Counted from the stretch's first letter, positions 19,099 to 28,008 are shown. The stretch is DNA of 56,873 bases from Thermofilum sp. (GCA_020833575.1 JAJHRT010000001.1:1-56873), one strand, 5' to 3'. Made by a program: numbers and translations. The notes: a model not told the origin generated them from the sequence alone.

Positions 19099-19434
19099 AT
19101 GCGCGTTGAGCGGTTGCTGGAGCCTAGGACCCTGGCATTGCTGCTGCTAGCCTTCGCGGTGCTCGTGAGCGCGGGGATAGTCTACGTCCTGGTTGAGAGA
19201 CCCCCTCCCTCGCTTGGTGTCTACTTCTACTACCCAGGCACGGGAGCTCAGACCGTCAGCGAGATGCTGGTGGTGGCGTTCCTGTACGCGATAGGCATAG
19301 CTGGTCTCTTGATGATTTACGAGGCTCCGAAGTACAGGTACAGGAGGCAACAGATGGGCGCTATCCTCACGATCGGCCTCCTCTCGGTGGTGATCTCCGC
19401 GCTCCTCCTGATACTCATGTACAGCTTGAAGTAG
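19099..19434 (+). CDS. Three-TM membrane protein resembling OST3/OST6/OSTC oligosaccharyltransferase accessory subunits
   Basis: AGIVYVLVERPP...AQTVSE...FLYAIGIAG pattern; three hydrophobic segments; alternative start 19072. Confidence 0.6.
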   Translation: MRVERLLEPRTLALLLLAFAVLVSAGIVYVLVERPPPSLGVYFYYPGTGAQTVSEMLVVAFLYAIGIAGLLMIYEAPKYRYRRQQMGAILTIGLLSVVISALLLILMYSLK

Positions 19435-19480
19435 AGTTGTAGCCCTGCGACCGGGGCTCCGGGGGTGTCAGACTGCTGCG

Positions 19481-20125
19481 GTGAGGGGCGGCGAGGCTTT
19501 GTCGCACGCGCGGAGCGACGCGCTGGGCGCTTGGAGGGGTTTTCTAGGGCTGATTAAGCGGCCGGGTCTTAAAGCCCTGTACGGGCCTCCCCAGTCCTTT
19601 AAGACTAGCCTTGCACTAGCCTGCCTGGAGGCTCAGAGGGGTAAGGCAGCTTACATCGGGCTTGGCAAGCACGCGTTGTGCAGGCGCACAGACAGCGGTG
19701 TGGACTTCTTTCAGGCGCTAAATTTCAGAGAAGCTGTCGACCTCCTGCTAGAATTCATGAGTGAGGGGCAGCGGGACTGGAAGATTATTGTTTACGACGG
19801 CTTTGGCTCTGAGTGCGTACCCCTGTACTGTGGAATGAGAGAGAGGTCTGTAACGCAAGCAGCTCTCCTCGTAGTATCTGCTCTCAAGTTCATTGCTACC
19901 AAGCTCTCAGCCTCAGTGGTTGTAGTGACCACGGAGACGCGCAGGGGCAGACCTTTATTCTACAGCGTGCTGAGTAAGCGCGTGGAGCGTTTCGTGAGGA
20001 TAAGTCGGGGGGAGGATTTCGTCAGAGCTTCTATCCTGACACCCCAGCTTCTTGAGGAGCATGTGTACCTGATACCCCTGGATTTCATCCGGGGGTATCA
20101 GGGTGGGTGCGTAAGCACGCGCTAG
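19481..20125 (+). CDS. RecA/RadB-like P-loop paralog (short, divergent)
   Basis: LYGPPQSFKTSLAL Walker A-like, IIVYDG Walker B-like, VVVVTTE; start uncertain. Confidence 0.65.
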   Translation: MRGGEALSHARSDALGAWRGFLGLIKRPGLKALYGPPQSFKTSLALACLEAQRGKAAYIGLGKHALCRRTDSGVDFFQALNFREAVDLLLEFMSEGQRDWKIIVYDGFGSECVPLYCGMRERSVTQAALLVVSALKFIATKLSASVVVVTTETRRGRPLFYSVLSKRVERFVRISRGEDFVRASILTPQLLEEHVYLIPLDFIRGYQGGCVSTR

Positions 20126-20159
20126 ATTTTTCCGGGGTGCGGGAGTCCTGCTATAGTGA

Positions 20160-20702
20160 ATGCTCAGGGTTAGGGCGGAAGAACCGTGCAGGGACAGGAC
20201 TGCTATGCTAGTTCTTCTGCTCAAGGGCGTGTCCTACGGCTTCAGCGAGGTAGAAGGTGAGGTCGTAGTCCCTTGCGACATCCTGGAGAGCGAGTATCCA
20301 GAGTTTCTCGTCCCAGTGTTCGTGGCCCTGCGGCTGAGGAAGGTCGAGCTTGTAGAGGTGGGCATAGACCCAGGAGCATCTCGCAGCGGTGTTGTGGTAC
20401 TAGCCGGCGACGAGGTTGTCTACAGAGGGGTTCTCCTCACCTCGAAGCTTCCGTACTCCTTGGAGAGGCTCAGCAGGTACTACCGGCTTAGAGTCTACCT
20501 AGGCACAGGTGCGCACCCCTTCTCCCTCGAAGCTTTCCAGTGGGGGGATCGGGTTGAAGTTGTCGAAGTGGAGGAGAGGGACCTGCCGATAGTTGAGGGT
20601 GTTGAGCTTGGGAAAGACCATGAAGTGGACGCGCTGAGGATCCTGATCAAGGGTAAGCTTATCAAAATGAGGAAGAGCCTAGGGAACACTCCAAGGGGGT
20701 AG
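20160..20702 (+). CDS. Hypothetical protein with RNase H-like (YqgF/RuvC-like) C-terminal domain
   Basis: VGIDPGASRSGVVV, VYLGTG, VEVEE, DHEVDA. Confidence 0.6.
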   Translation: MLRVRAEEPCRDRTAMLVLLLKGVSYGFSEVEGEVVVPCDILESEYPEFLVPVFVALRLRKVELVEVGIDPGASRSGVVVLAGDEVVYRGVLLTSKLPYSLERLSRYYRLRVYLGTGAHPFSLEAFQWGDRVEVVEVEERDLPIVEGVELGKDHEVDALRILIKGKLIKMRKSLGNTPRG

Positions 20703-20762
20703 CTTCTCGGCCCTCGCGGGCACGATGAACTTATGTAGGAGGCAGCCTTAACCTGATTCACC

Positions 20763-20924
20763 ATGTTCACGGTTACTTGTTCGAGGTGCAAGTACGTCTT
20801 CTACAAGGGGGAGAAAATACCCAACCTGTACAAGATCTACGTCAGATTTGGCGGGAGGTGCCCCGTGTGCGGCAGAGAGATAGGGTGGGTGCCTCAAAGC
20901 ATAGATGTCAAGGCAAAGCGCTAG
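20763..20924 (+). CDS. Small zinc-ribbon protein (53 aa), absent from ORF track
   Basis: MFTVTCSRCKYVFYKGEKIPNLYKIYVRFGGRCPVCGREIGWVPQSIDVKAKR; two CxxC; GGAGG about 20 nt upstream. Confidence 0.75.
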   Translation: MFTVTCSRCKYVFYKGEKIPNLYKIYVRFGGRCPVCGREIGWVPQSIDVKAKR

Positions 20925-21000
20925 CCGCGCGCAAGCGCGAAACCTTTATAGACAGTTCGGGGCACTGCACATAGCTCTCTAGCTACGGTGGTGAGAGCGG

Positions 21001-21507
21001 ATGCCGCTGAGACCAGGGAGGTGCTACAGGCACTTCGGAACCCCACCTTACACGAGGCTTGAGTACATCAAGAGCAACCCTCCTGTGCTGGTGCCCAAGT
21101 TCGATTTAGGCAACCCCAGAGGGGATTTCAACACACGGCTCATGCTGGTGGTCGAGAAGCCTGGGCAGATAAGAGCTAACGCCTTAGAGGCGGCTCGCCA
21201 GCACGCGAACAAGTTCCTCTCCTCTAAGCTTGGCGACTCGAACTACTTCATGAGGATAGCCGTCTACCCGCACCACATCCTCCGCGAGAACAAGATGATG
21301 GCTATGGCGGGAGCGGACAGGCTTCAGGACGGTATGAGATTAGCCTTCGGAACGCCCATTGGCAGGGCTGCGAGAATGCGCAGGGGGCAGCCCGTCATAA
21401 TCCTATTCGTGGATGAGAAAAACGTGGAAGTTGCGAAGGAAGCTCTGGAGCGAGCAGCCTCCAAGCTGCCTCTTCCCACGAGGATTATCGTCGAGAAAAT
21501 ACGCTAG
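21001..21507 (+). CDS. rpl10e: 50S ribosomal protein L16 (L10e)
   Basis: MPLRPGRCYR, ALEAAR, YPHHILRENK, AGADRLQDGMRLAFG. Confidence 0.97.
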   Translation: MPLRPGRCYRHFGTPPYTRLEYIKSNPPVLVPKFDLGNPRGDFNTRLMLVVEKPGQIRANALEAARQHANKFLSSKLGDSNYFMRIAVYPHHILRENKMMAMAGADRLQDGMRLAFGTPIGRAARMRRGQPVIILFVDEKNVEVAKEALERAASKLPLPTRIIVEKIR

Positions 21508-21538
21508 GTCGTATCCGCATGCGTAAGGGGCTTGCGGG

Positions 21539-22276
21539 ATGCCCACAGCCTCAGACCTTCACAAGGAGCGAGTAGAGATTGCTGTAAACATCTGGGGAGA
21601 GATTCTTAACGGATCAGTGTCCACGAGAAGAGAGCTGGTCGAGCTTCTGCGGGAAGCATACGAGGCGGGAAAAATCGAGCCGATCAGGGGGAAGACTAAG
21701 ATCGACATCTATGACAAGGAGCTTGCCACAGTGTTCCTCGTGGGGAAGCACGGGTTGGGTCTCGACGAGGAGCTCGAGAAAGTGCGTGACTTATTTGGGG
21801 TTGAGTACGCAGCCAACACGGTACTAGAGAGGGTGATGAGGGGTGAAGACCCTCGCAAGGCAGCCGAGGAAGTTTTCGAGAAGGTGGATGAGAACACGGT
21901 TTTCCGCGTCCTCAGGTTGGCTATGACGGCGGTTGCTCTGGGCTTCATGCTCGAGGACGAGTTCCTTAAGGTTCTGCTCGCCTTTGAGAAAAGCTTCCCG
22001 GAGTATGCGCCCAACTTCCTCGGTTTCAAGCGCTTCTACATAGCGTACAAGCTAGCCGAGAGCATCGCTAGGGGCGAGGTGAGGAACCGTATCGAGAAAG
22101 AGGCCCTAAAGCACGCCATGTGCCTCAGACTAGGCTCCGAGAAGGCTGCGCCCCCAGATTGGCTCGTGCGCGAGATCGCCGTCAAGGTGCTTAAAGTACC
22201 CGAGCATAAGGTCAACGATGCTCTCAGCTTGGTCAGGAAAAGAGCTAAAGGCTCAAGGAAGGAGGCTGCAGAGTAG
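21539..22276 (+). CDS. DUF2192 family protein
   Basis: IEPIRG..DIYDKELATVF.VGK.GLG, RFYIA..LAE.IA.GEV, EALKHA. Confidence 0.75.
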   Translation: MPTASDLHKERVEIAVNIWGEILNGSVSTRRELVELLREAYEAGKIEPIRGKTKIDIYDKELATVFLVGKHGLGLDEELEKVRDLFGVEYAANTVLERVMRGEDPRKAAEEVFEKVDENTVFRVLRLAMTAVALGFMLEDEFLKVLLAFEKSFPEYAPNFLGFKRFYIAYKLAESIARGEVRNRIEKEALKHAMCLRLGSEKAAPPDWLVREIAVKVLKVPEHKVNDALSLVRKRAKGSRKEAAE

Positions 22277-22454
22277 TCTCATTTGCCCTGAGCTAGCGCG
22301 CCACCGGTTGCCCCGCCTTTTCGCGGGGTGCGCGCATGCGAGATTTTCCGCGGGGTAGCCGATGAACACGGCGCTCACGCCGTGCTCGCGCGCGAGGCGA
22401 GCCAGGTGCGCAGCCGTGTTGGCGCGCGTCGTGGAGAAGCTGGAGCAGAGGCTG

Positions 22455-22488
22455 AGCAGCAAGGCGAGGCGCTGAGCCTGCAATCCAA
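22455..22488 (+). repeat. Dispersed intergenic repeat, copy 2
   Basis: AGCAGCAAGGCGAGGCgctgagcctgcaatccaa; 29/34 identical to 6016-6049. Confidence 0.7.
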
Positions 22489-22636
22489 TAACTTATTTTT
22501 CAAACCAAGTACATTAACGTATAATGCGAGTGCTCTCCCGATCAAAGCCTCTCGTGGAAATCTGCCATGAAGAGGCCTAGGCGCTCCGCGCGCAGAATAT
22601 ATAAGACCCAGGCTGGGCACACCTTCTGAGCGGCTA

Positions 22637-22933
22637 ATGCCTAAGAAGAGGAAGAGCAGAGGGAGACACAAAGGAGGTAAGGGCAAGGAGGATATTGTCC
22701 AGTGCGATGAGTGCGGGGCTCTGCTCCCGCGGTCTAAGGCTGTGAAGATCACGAAGCCCGTTACGCCTGTGGACCCGCAGCTGGCCAAGGAGCTGAGGGA
22801 CAAGGGGGCCATCCTCCCCCAGTACACAGTCACGAAGTACTTGTGCTTGAGGTGCGCTATACACAGGGGCATAATAAAGATAAGGCCTGAGGAGGAGCGC
22901 AAAAAGGTCAAAATGCGCTTCGAGTTCTTTTAG
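22637..22933 (+). CDS. rps26e: 30S ribosomal protein S26e
   Basis: MPKKRKSRGR, VQCDECG..PRSKA, CLRCAIH. Confidence 0.96.
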   Translation: MPKKRKSRGRHKGGKGKEDIVQCDECGALLPRSKAVKITKPVTPVDPQLAKELRDKGAILPQYTVTKYLCLRCAIHRGIIKIRPEEERKKVKMRFEFF

Positions 22934-22939
22934 CCTGGG

Positions 22940-23536
22940 ATGCTGTCCTCCTACAAGAGAGTGTTCGTCCTGCACTCCAACACTGGTGTTACTGCGCCGG
23001 TGTTTACGGAGGAAACGCTAGCCACCCAGGGAGGGCGCATGGACGTTGTCGCTCGAGCCTACATCAGCGCACTCTGGGATATGACTCCGCCCCGCAGCGA
23101 CACTCTCTTCGTAGCTGTACTGCACGGCCCACCTAACCCCCCTGCGGCGCTCTACATTGGTTCCTCGTGCGGGTTCACGCGGAGACCTGGGGAGAAGGAT
23201 GTGGCAGCTATTATCCTGCGCGCGCTTAGAGGTGAAGAGGGCTGTGCAGCATTGAGAAGGCAGGGAACGCTCGAGGTTGTTCAAGCCTTGAGGAGTGAGG
23301 ATTTCCGCGTTTACCTGCTGTCAGAGGACGGCGAGAACCTGGAGAACCTCCGCCTGAGTAGTTTGCGCCTGGCGTTTGTCCTCGGCGACCACATAGGGTT
23401 CCCCAGGGAGCTTCTGGCCAGATTGAGGTCTGAGTGCGACTCGACCCTGAGCTTAGGCAGAAGGCCCTACCTAGCCAGCCACTGCATAGCGTACGTACAT
23501 GAAGTTCTCGACAGAGCGAGCGGCGCGCTTTCCTAG
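22940..23536 (+). CDS. trmY: tRNA (pseudouridine54-N1)-methyltransferase, SPOUT
   Basis: GGRMDVVAR, L.GPPNPP, FVLGDHIGF, SLG..YLASHCI. Confidence 0.85.
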   Translation: MLSSYKRVFVLHSNTGVTAPVFTEETLATQGGRMDVVARAYISALWDMTPPRSDTLFVAVLHGPPNPPAALYIGSSCGFTRRPGEKDVAAIILRALRGEEGCAALRRQGTLEVVQALRSEDFRVYLLSEDGENLENLRLSSLRLAFVLGDHIGFPRELLARLRSECDSTLSLGRRPYLASHCIAYVHEVLDRASGALS

Positions 23537-25440
23537 CGTTGCTCTAGCTCACTTAAGTAGTGCTCTGCAGAACCCCTGGCCTCAGCCTCCTCGGCGTAGC
23601 CCGGAAGAAGCTCTGAGGAAGGTACGTATGAGAGATCAACCCTGACAAGGGGGCTCAGCCTGAGGGACTGGCAGCGCGGGCACCGCGGTAGTCCTCCTCC
23701 GAAAATATTGCCACACTCTTCACAGTAAGCAATTCCGGTCTTTGTGATCGTGAAGAGCTTTACCCCGAGCTTCTCAACCAACCGGAGCGCGTGCTCCAGC
23801 TGCACAGCGCTTACCTCGCGCAGACGGACCTCCAGGATGCTCGGAGCAGGTTTAACCAGCATGTGCAGCCTGCTTTCAAGAGCCAAAGCTTCCTCGAACG
23901 ACCTGCCTGCTAAGATGAATGGGGAGATGTTGTTCACTGCCCAACGACCAGTGCTCTTCTCCAGGGTGATGGTTTCCTTCGGCGAGAAGAACGTGTACAA
24001 GGTGCGTATTCCTTCCTCTGCGAGCTTTTCCTCTGTGCACTCCCTCAGCTCGGCGAGTAAGCCTCTAGTCCACTCAACAAGCCGGTGGGCGTAAATGTGC
24101 TTGTCCATCTTCTCGCCTTTATTCAGCATCGCATACGCAACCTCTGCTCCCGCGAATGCGATTTGGGCAACCACCCTAGTTTCCGCGGAGCCCGTCTTAA
24201 CCAGGTTGCCCCACAGGGAGGCTTTCCTCCTGAGAAGCTTGAACAAGTCTACGATTCCAGGTGCGAGCCCCTTAAGGAGGTCACCAGGCTCTCTTTCCAA
24301 GATGCGTGACTTAGCAGCAAGCTCCGGTCCAAGCACTGTGCAGGCACCCAGGTGAATTGCGGTGCTCTCCCCGGCTTCGAGAGCCAGCATCCCGGCAGAG
24401 GGGGCTAGCTCCTGAAAGCCGAAAAGCACAGGAACGCCTCTGTTGATCATTTGCGCTAGAGACCTGAACGCGGTAGTTGTGTACTCATCGCCGCTCTTCG
24501 CGAGGATTATGAGGAGCGGGTGAGTGCGTGTGACCTCGCCTAGAAACCTTTCGATCTCTGGGATTACGTAGTCGAGATTTTCCGCGTGCAGCACGATGGA
24601 GGTTTTGAGAAAGCGTGAGACTGCAGCAAGTAAACTGAGCGCCTCTGGTGCACCACCTTTGCCGTCGGGGATTTCCAAGGTGATCTCGCTCGGTAAAGTC
24701 TCGCCTCTAAGGAGTGCTCTCAAGTGGTCAAGCCGACTAGCGGGAACGTGTACGAGTGAGACTCCGTTGTCCGGGTTCACGTAAGTGCTGGCAAGCCTCA
24801 AGAGGACAAAGTCGTAGAGCCTTGTACCGCCGAGAAGCTCCAAAGCTCTGCTCGAGTTCTCACAGGCTCCAGCACGCTTTCTCATCACCTCTTCAACTCT
24901 ACTCACCTCGGTTTTCCTCTCCTTAATCAGCCGTGAAAGAGAAATAAGCAGCACCAACGACTCTGGGATCGCGTCGCCGCTTAAGCTGGAGATATCTTCT
25001 AGGATGCCTTCAAGCCCACCTCCTCTTCTAGGGCGGGTCTCAACGTCGGAGATCCAGGAAGCCAGCGCCTGGAGATATGAGCGGAGGGGCAAGGGAGCGC
25101 CCTTGCCATCGAGCACTAGGGGCTCGCGCTCTGCCAGCTTAAGTGAAGCCTCCAGCTCCGCAACTAAACTATAAACTCTTCTCCCAAGATCGGTGAGCGT
25201 GTAGAACTCATTAACCTGGCTTACCAGCTGAGCTTTCTTAAGCTGCTTAAGGTGGTACATGAGCTGCTCGGGACTCACTCCCAGCAGATTGGCGATCTCG
25301 GAGAGCCTCCTACGCTCGCTATAAAGAACTCTCAGCACGCCGAGGCGAACAGGGCTAGCAAGAGCGCGGAAGACCTCGTCTGCGTGAGTCCGCGTGAGTG
25401 AGTCCGCGCTTTTCTGCCTCCTCTGACCTTTCCCTGTCAC
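23533..25440 (-). CDS. ArsR-family wHTH regulator fused to degenerate anaerobic ribonucleotide reductase (NrdD)-like domain
   Basis: VFRALASPVRL..IANLLG..LMYHLKQL wHTH; C-terminal YCEECG...CPRCQS..L.RVDLSY NrdD-type Zn finger with no R.xGY glycyl motif. Confidence 0.7.
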   Translation of the reverse strand: MTGKGQRRQKSADSLTRTHADEVFRALASPVRLGVLRVLYSERRRLSEIANLLGVSPEQLMYHLKQLKKAQLVSQVNEFYTLTDLGRRVYSLVAELEASLKLAEREPLVLDGKGAPLPLRSYLQALASWISDVETRPRRGGGLEGILEDISSLSGDAIPESLVLLISLSRLIKERKTEVSRVEEVMRKRAGACENSSRALELLGGTRLYDFVLLRLASTYVNPDNGVSLVHVPASRLDHLRALLRGETLPSEITLEIPDGKGGAPEALSLLAAVSRFLKTSIVLHAENLDYVIPEIERFLGEVTRTHPLLIILAKSGDEYTTTAFRSLAQMINRGVPVLFGFQELAPSAGMLALEAGESTAIHLGACTVLGPELAAKSRILEREPGDLLKGLAPGIVDLFKLLRRKASLWGNLVKTGSAETRVVAQIAFAGAEVAYAMLNKGEKMDKHIYAHRLVEWTRGLLAELRECTEEKLAEEGIRTLYTFFSPKETITLEKSTGRWAVNNISPFILAGRSFEEALALESRLHMLVKPAPSILEVRLREVSAVQLEHALRLVEKLGVKLFTITKTGIAYCEECGNIFGGGLPRCPRCQSLRLSPLVRVDLSYVPSSELLPGYAEEAEARGSAEHYLSELEQR

Positions 25441-25545
25441 CGCTCCAGCGAGGCCTGCAGGGGTGTTAAATCCTCACCGCCTCTGGAGGGCGAGTCTTAC
25501 CGCTCAATGTGAAGATTTTTTAATAGGTTCTTGATGTAGGTAGAT

Positions 25546-27453
25546 GTGAGATTTCCAGGTTTAGTCGAGAAGGAGTCCCTAGAGGACCCTTTACGCATAC
25601 TCTCAATGTTCTGCAGTGAGGAGCACCTAGATAGGCTTAGAGAGATTAAGAACCCGAGGCTCTGGAGAGACATAGCTGAGGTGGCGCTCGTAGCTAGGCC
25701 GGCAAGCATATATGTAAATACGGGTAGCAACGAGGACAAGGACTATATCCGTAGGAAAGCGCTTGAAAACAGGGAGGAATATCCTACAGTGCATCCCATG
25801 CATACAGTGCACTTCGATGGGCCAAAGGATCTTGCACGCGACAAGGAGAACACGAGGGTACTTTATCCTGGAGGCAGGCAGGTCCCCCTTATCAACACCT
25901 TTGATCGTGACGCTGGGCTAAGCGAGATAGGGAAGCTGTTTAGGGGGGTAATGAGTGGAAAAGAAATGTTTGTGTCCTTCTACCTGTATGGTCCTAGGCA
26001 CTCCAGGTTCTCTCTCTACGGTGTCCAGATAACTGACTCTGCCTATGTTGTGCACAGCGAGGAAATTCTCTATAGGAACGGCTACAGGGACTTTGTAGAG
26101 AAAGGAGAAGAACTGGAATACATGCTCTTTATTCATTCTGCCGGCGAGCGCGACGAGAACGGCTGGAGCAAAAACGTTGAAAACAGGAGGATATTCATCG
26201 ACCTAGAGGGAAACTCTGTATACAGCGTTAACACGCAGTACGCCGGCAACACTGTGGGTCTGAAAAAGCTCGCTCTTAGGCTCGCCATCTACAAAGGCTA
26301 CAGGGAAGGCTGGCTTGCGGAGCACATGTTCATAGTTGGGGTGAAGGGAAGGGGTGGAAGAATCTCTTACTTCACGGGAGCCTATCCTGCTGGTTGCGGT
26401 AAAACCTCTACAGCTATGGTTGCCGACACCGTGGTTGGAGACGACCTGGCAATAATACACGCGGTGAATGGCGAGGCTAGGGCTATAAACCCAGAGGTTG
26501 GCATGTTCGGCATCATAGACGATGTTAATCCGCGGGACGACCCAGAAATCTACAGCATACTTGTAAACCCCTCTGCAGAAGTAATATTTAGCAATGTTCT
26601 GCTAATGGAGGACGGCAACGTCTGGTGGCGCGGGAAACCAGAAGAGCCGAAAAAAGGCGTAAACTATGCCGGGGAGTGGTGGCCGGGGAAAAAGGACGAA
26701 AACGGAAAAGAAATACCTCCCTCCCATCCAAACGCGAGGTTCACAGTCAGCATAAGGCACCTATCAAAGCTCGACCCAAGGATAGACGACCCCGAGGGCG
26801 TCCCCGTGGCCGGCATCATTTTTGGAGGCAGGGACTCCTCAACTTTGCCGCCCGTCCTAGAGGCCTTCGACTGGAAGCACGGAATAGTAACAATGGGCGC
26901 ATCACTCGAAAGCGAAAGGACAGCGGCCGTCCTCGGCCAGGTGGGTGTAATGGAGCTAAACCCATACGCCATTCTTGACTTCTTGCCGATCTCTGTCGGA
27001 GCCTTTACAGCTCTGCACCTTGAATTCGAGAAGAAGCTTGCTAGGCCTCCGAAGATATTCAGCGTAAACTATTTCCTTCGTGAAAACGGAAAGTTCCTGG
27101 CCGAGAAAAGAGACAAGATCGCCTGGTTAAAATGGATGGAGCAGAGGGTTCACGGCGAGGTTCAGGCAATAGAGACGCCTGTAGGCTATATCCCGACATA
27201 CGAGGATCTAAGGGAGATCTTCGCAAGGGAGCTGGGGAAAGAATTCAAAGAAGACCTCTACGAGAAAATGTTCACAATACGTGTTAAGGGCTTCCTCGAG
27301 AAAATCGAGAGAATTTTAAAGGTCTATTCCACCATCCCTGACACCCCGGCGGAGTTTTTCCAAATAATGGAAGAGCAGATTAAGAGGCTCAAAGATCTAG
27401 AGAAGACAGGGCAAGGGCAAAATGTTAGTCCTTTCCGCCTTGATAAAAGATAG
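25546..27453 (+). CDS. pckG: Phosphoenolpyruvate carboxykinase (GTP)
   Basis: QITDSAYV, YAGNTVGLKK, WLAEHM, GAYPAGCGKTS, VGDDLA, SHPNARF, IFGGR. Confidence 0.96.
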   Translation: MRFPGLVEKESLEDPLRILSMFCSEEHLDRLREIKNPRLWRDIAEVALVARPASIYVNTGSNEDKDYIRRKALENREEYPTVHPMHTVHFDGPKDLARDKENTRVLYPGGRQVPLINTFDRDAGLSEIGKLFRGVMSGKEMFVSFYLYGPRHSRFSLYGVQITDSAYVVHSEEILYRNGYRDFVEKGEELEYMLFIHSAGERDENGWSKNVENRRIFIDLEGNSVYSVNTQYAGNTVGLKKLALRLAIYKGYREGWLAEHMFIVGVKGRGGRISYFTGAYPAGCGKTSTAMVADTVVGDDLAIIHAVNGEARAINPEVGMFGIIDDVNPRDDPEIYSILVNPSAEVIFSNVLLMEDGNVWWRGKPEEPKKGVNYAGEWWPGKKDENGKEIPPSHPNARFTVSIRHLSKLDPRIDDPEGVPVAGIIFGGRDSSTLPPVLEAFDWKHGIVTMGASLESERTAAVLGQVGVMELNPYAILDFLPISVGAFTALHLEFEKKLARPPKIFSVNYFLRENGKFLAEKRDKIAWLKWMEQRVHGEVQAIETPVGYIPTYEDLREIFARELGKEFKEDLYEKMFTIRVKGFLEKIERILKVYSTIPDTPAEFFQIMEEQIKRLKDLEKTGQGQNVSPFRLDKR

Positions 27454-27633
27454 TAAAGAGATAACATTCTGAGGATCTTATTATTTTAGCAATATTCCTG
27501 TCTGGTAAAAGCTGTCAGCAATAATGCCTGCGCGCGGGTACGCGCAGTAATGTAATACGGGTAGTCTACGACTGTCCTCTCACGCGATAAGAAATGCTCC
27601 GGTAATCACTCCTGAGGCTGGTAGTCGTCAGCG

Positions 27634-28008
27634 ATGAAGACTGGGGTTTACCGGAACTATAACGAGTTTTCCGCCCTTGTCCTGAACACGCTTCTCGAGA
27701 TGATCAGGAGGACTAGGGGGAGCCTGGTGACCTTCAACCCTAAGAAGATAGCCGTCCTTGCGGGTATAGACACCCACCCAGTGATACTGACGCTTGTGAA
27801 GGATGTGCTCGAGGGGTTACGCGAGAAAGGGCTTATCAGCCTCGCCGGGAAGAGCAAGCACGGTGTCAAATACGCTGTGACTAAGAGCAGCCCTCTCTGG
27901 GCTCTCGCGAAAGAGGGATACACCTTCACGGCCGCCACGCTCCCCGATCTAGAGCGAATCGGCATCATGGCTAGCGCGCAGACACGGCGCACATCCCTCG
28001 CACCTTGA
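27634..28008 (+). CDS. Winged-helix DNA-binding protein (hypothetical)
   Basis: TFNPKKIA..VLEGLREKGLI..GVKYAVTK wHTH pattern. Confidence 0.65.
   Translation: MKTGVYRNYNEFSALVLNTLLEMIRRTRGSLVTFNPKKIAVLAGIDTHPVILTLVKDVLEGLREKGLISLAGKSKHGVKYAVTKSSPLWALAKEGYTFTAATLPDLERIGIMASAQTRRTSLAP

Noticed and set aside
20722-20756. C/D box sRNA (CGATGA...CTGA)
   Set aside because: Too short for two guides and no internal D'/C' boxes
20777-20974. 65-aa ORF in track
   Set aside because: The overlapping frame 20763-20924 has clear CxxC motifs and an ATG start
23533-25440. Functional anaerobic ribonucleotide reductase nrdD
   Set aside because: Glycyl-radical motif absent, no adjacent activase, N-terminal wHTH
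27585-27632. Minus-strand C/D sRNA (CTGACGA..AGGA GTGATTA..)
   Set aside because: Spacing fits but the terminal CTGA D box is missing
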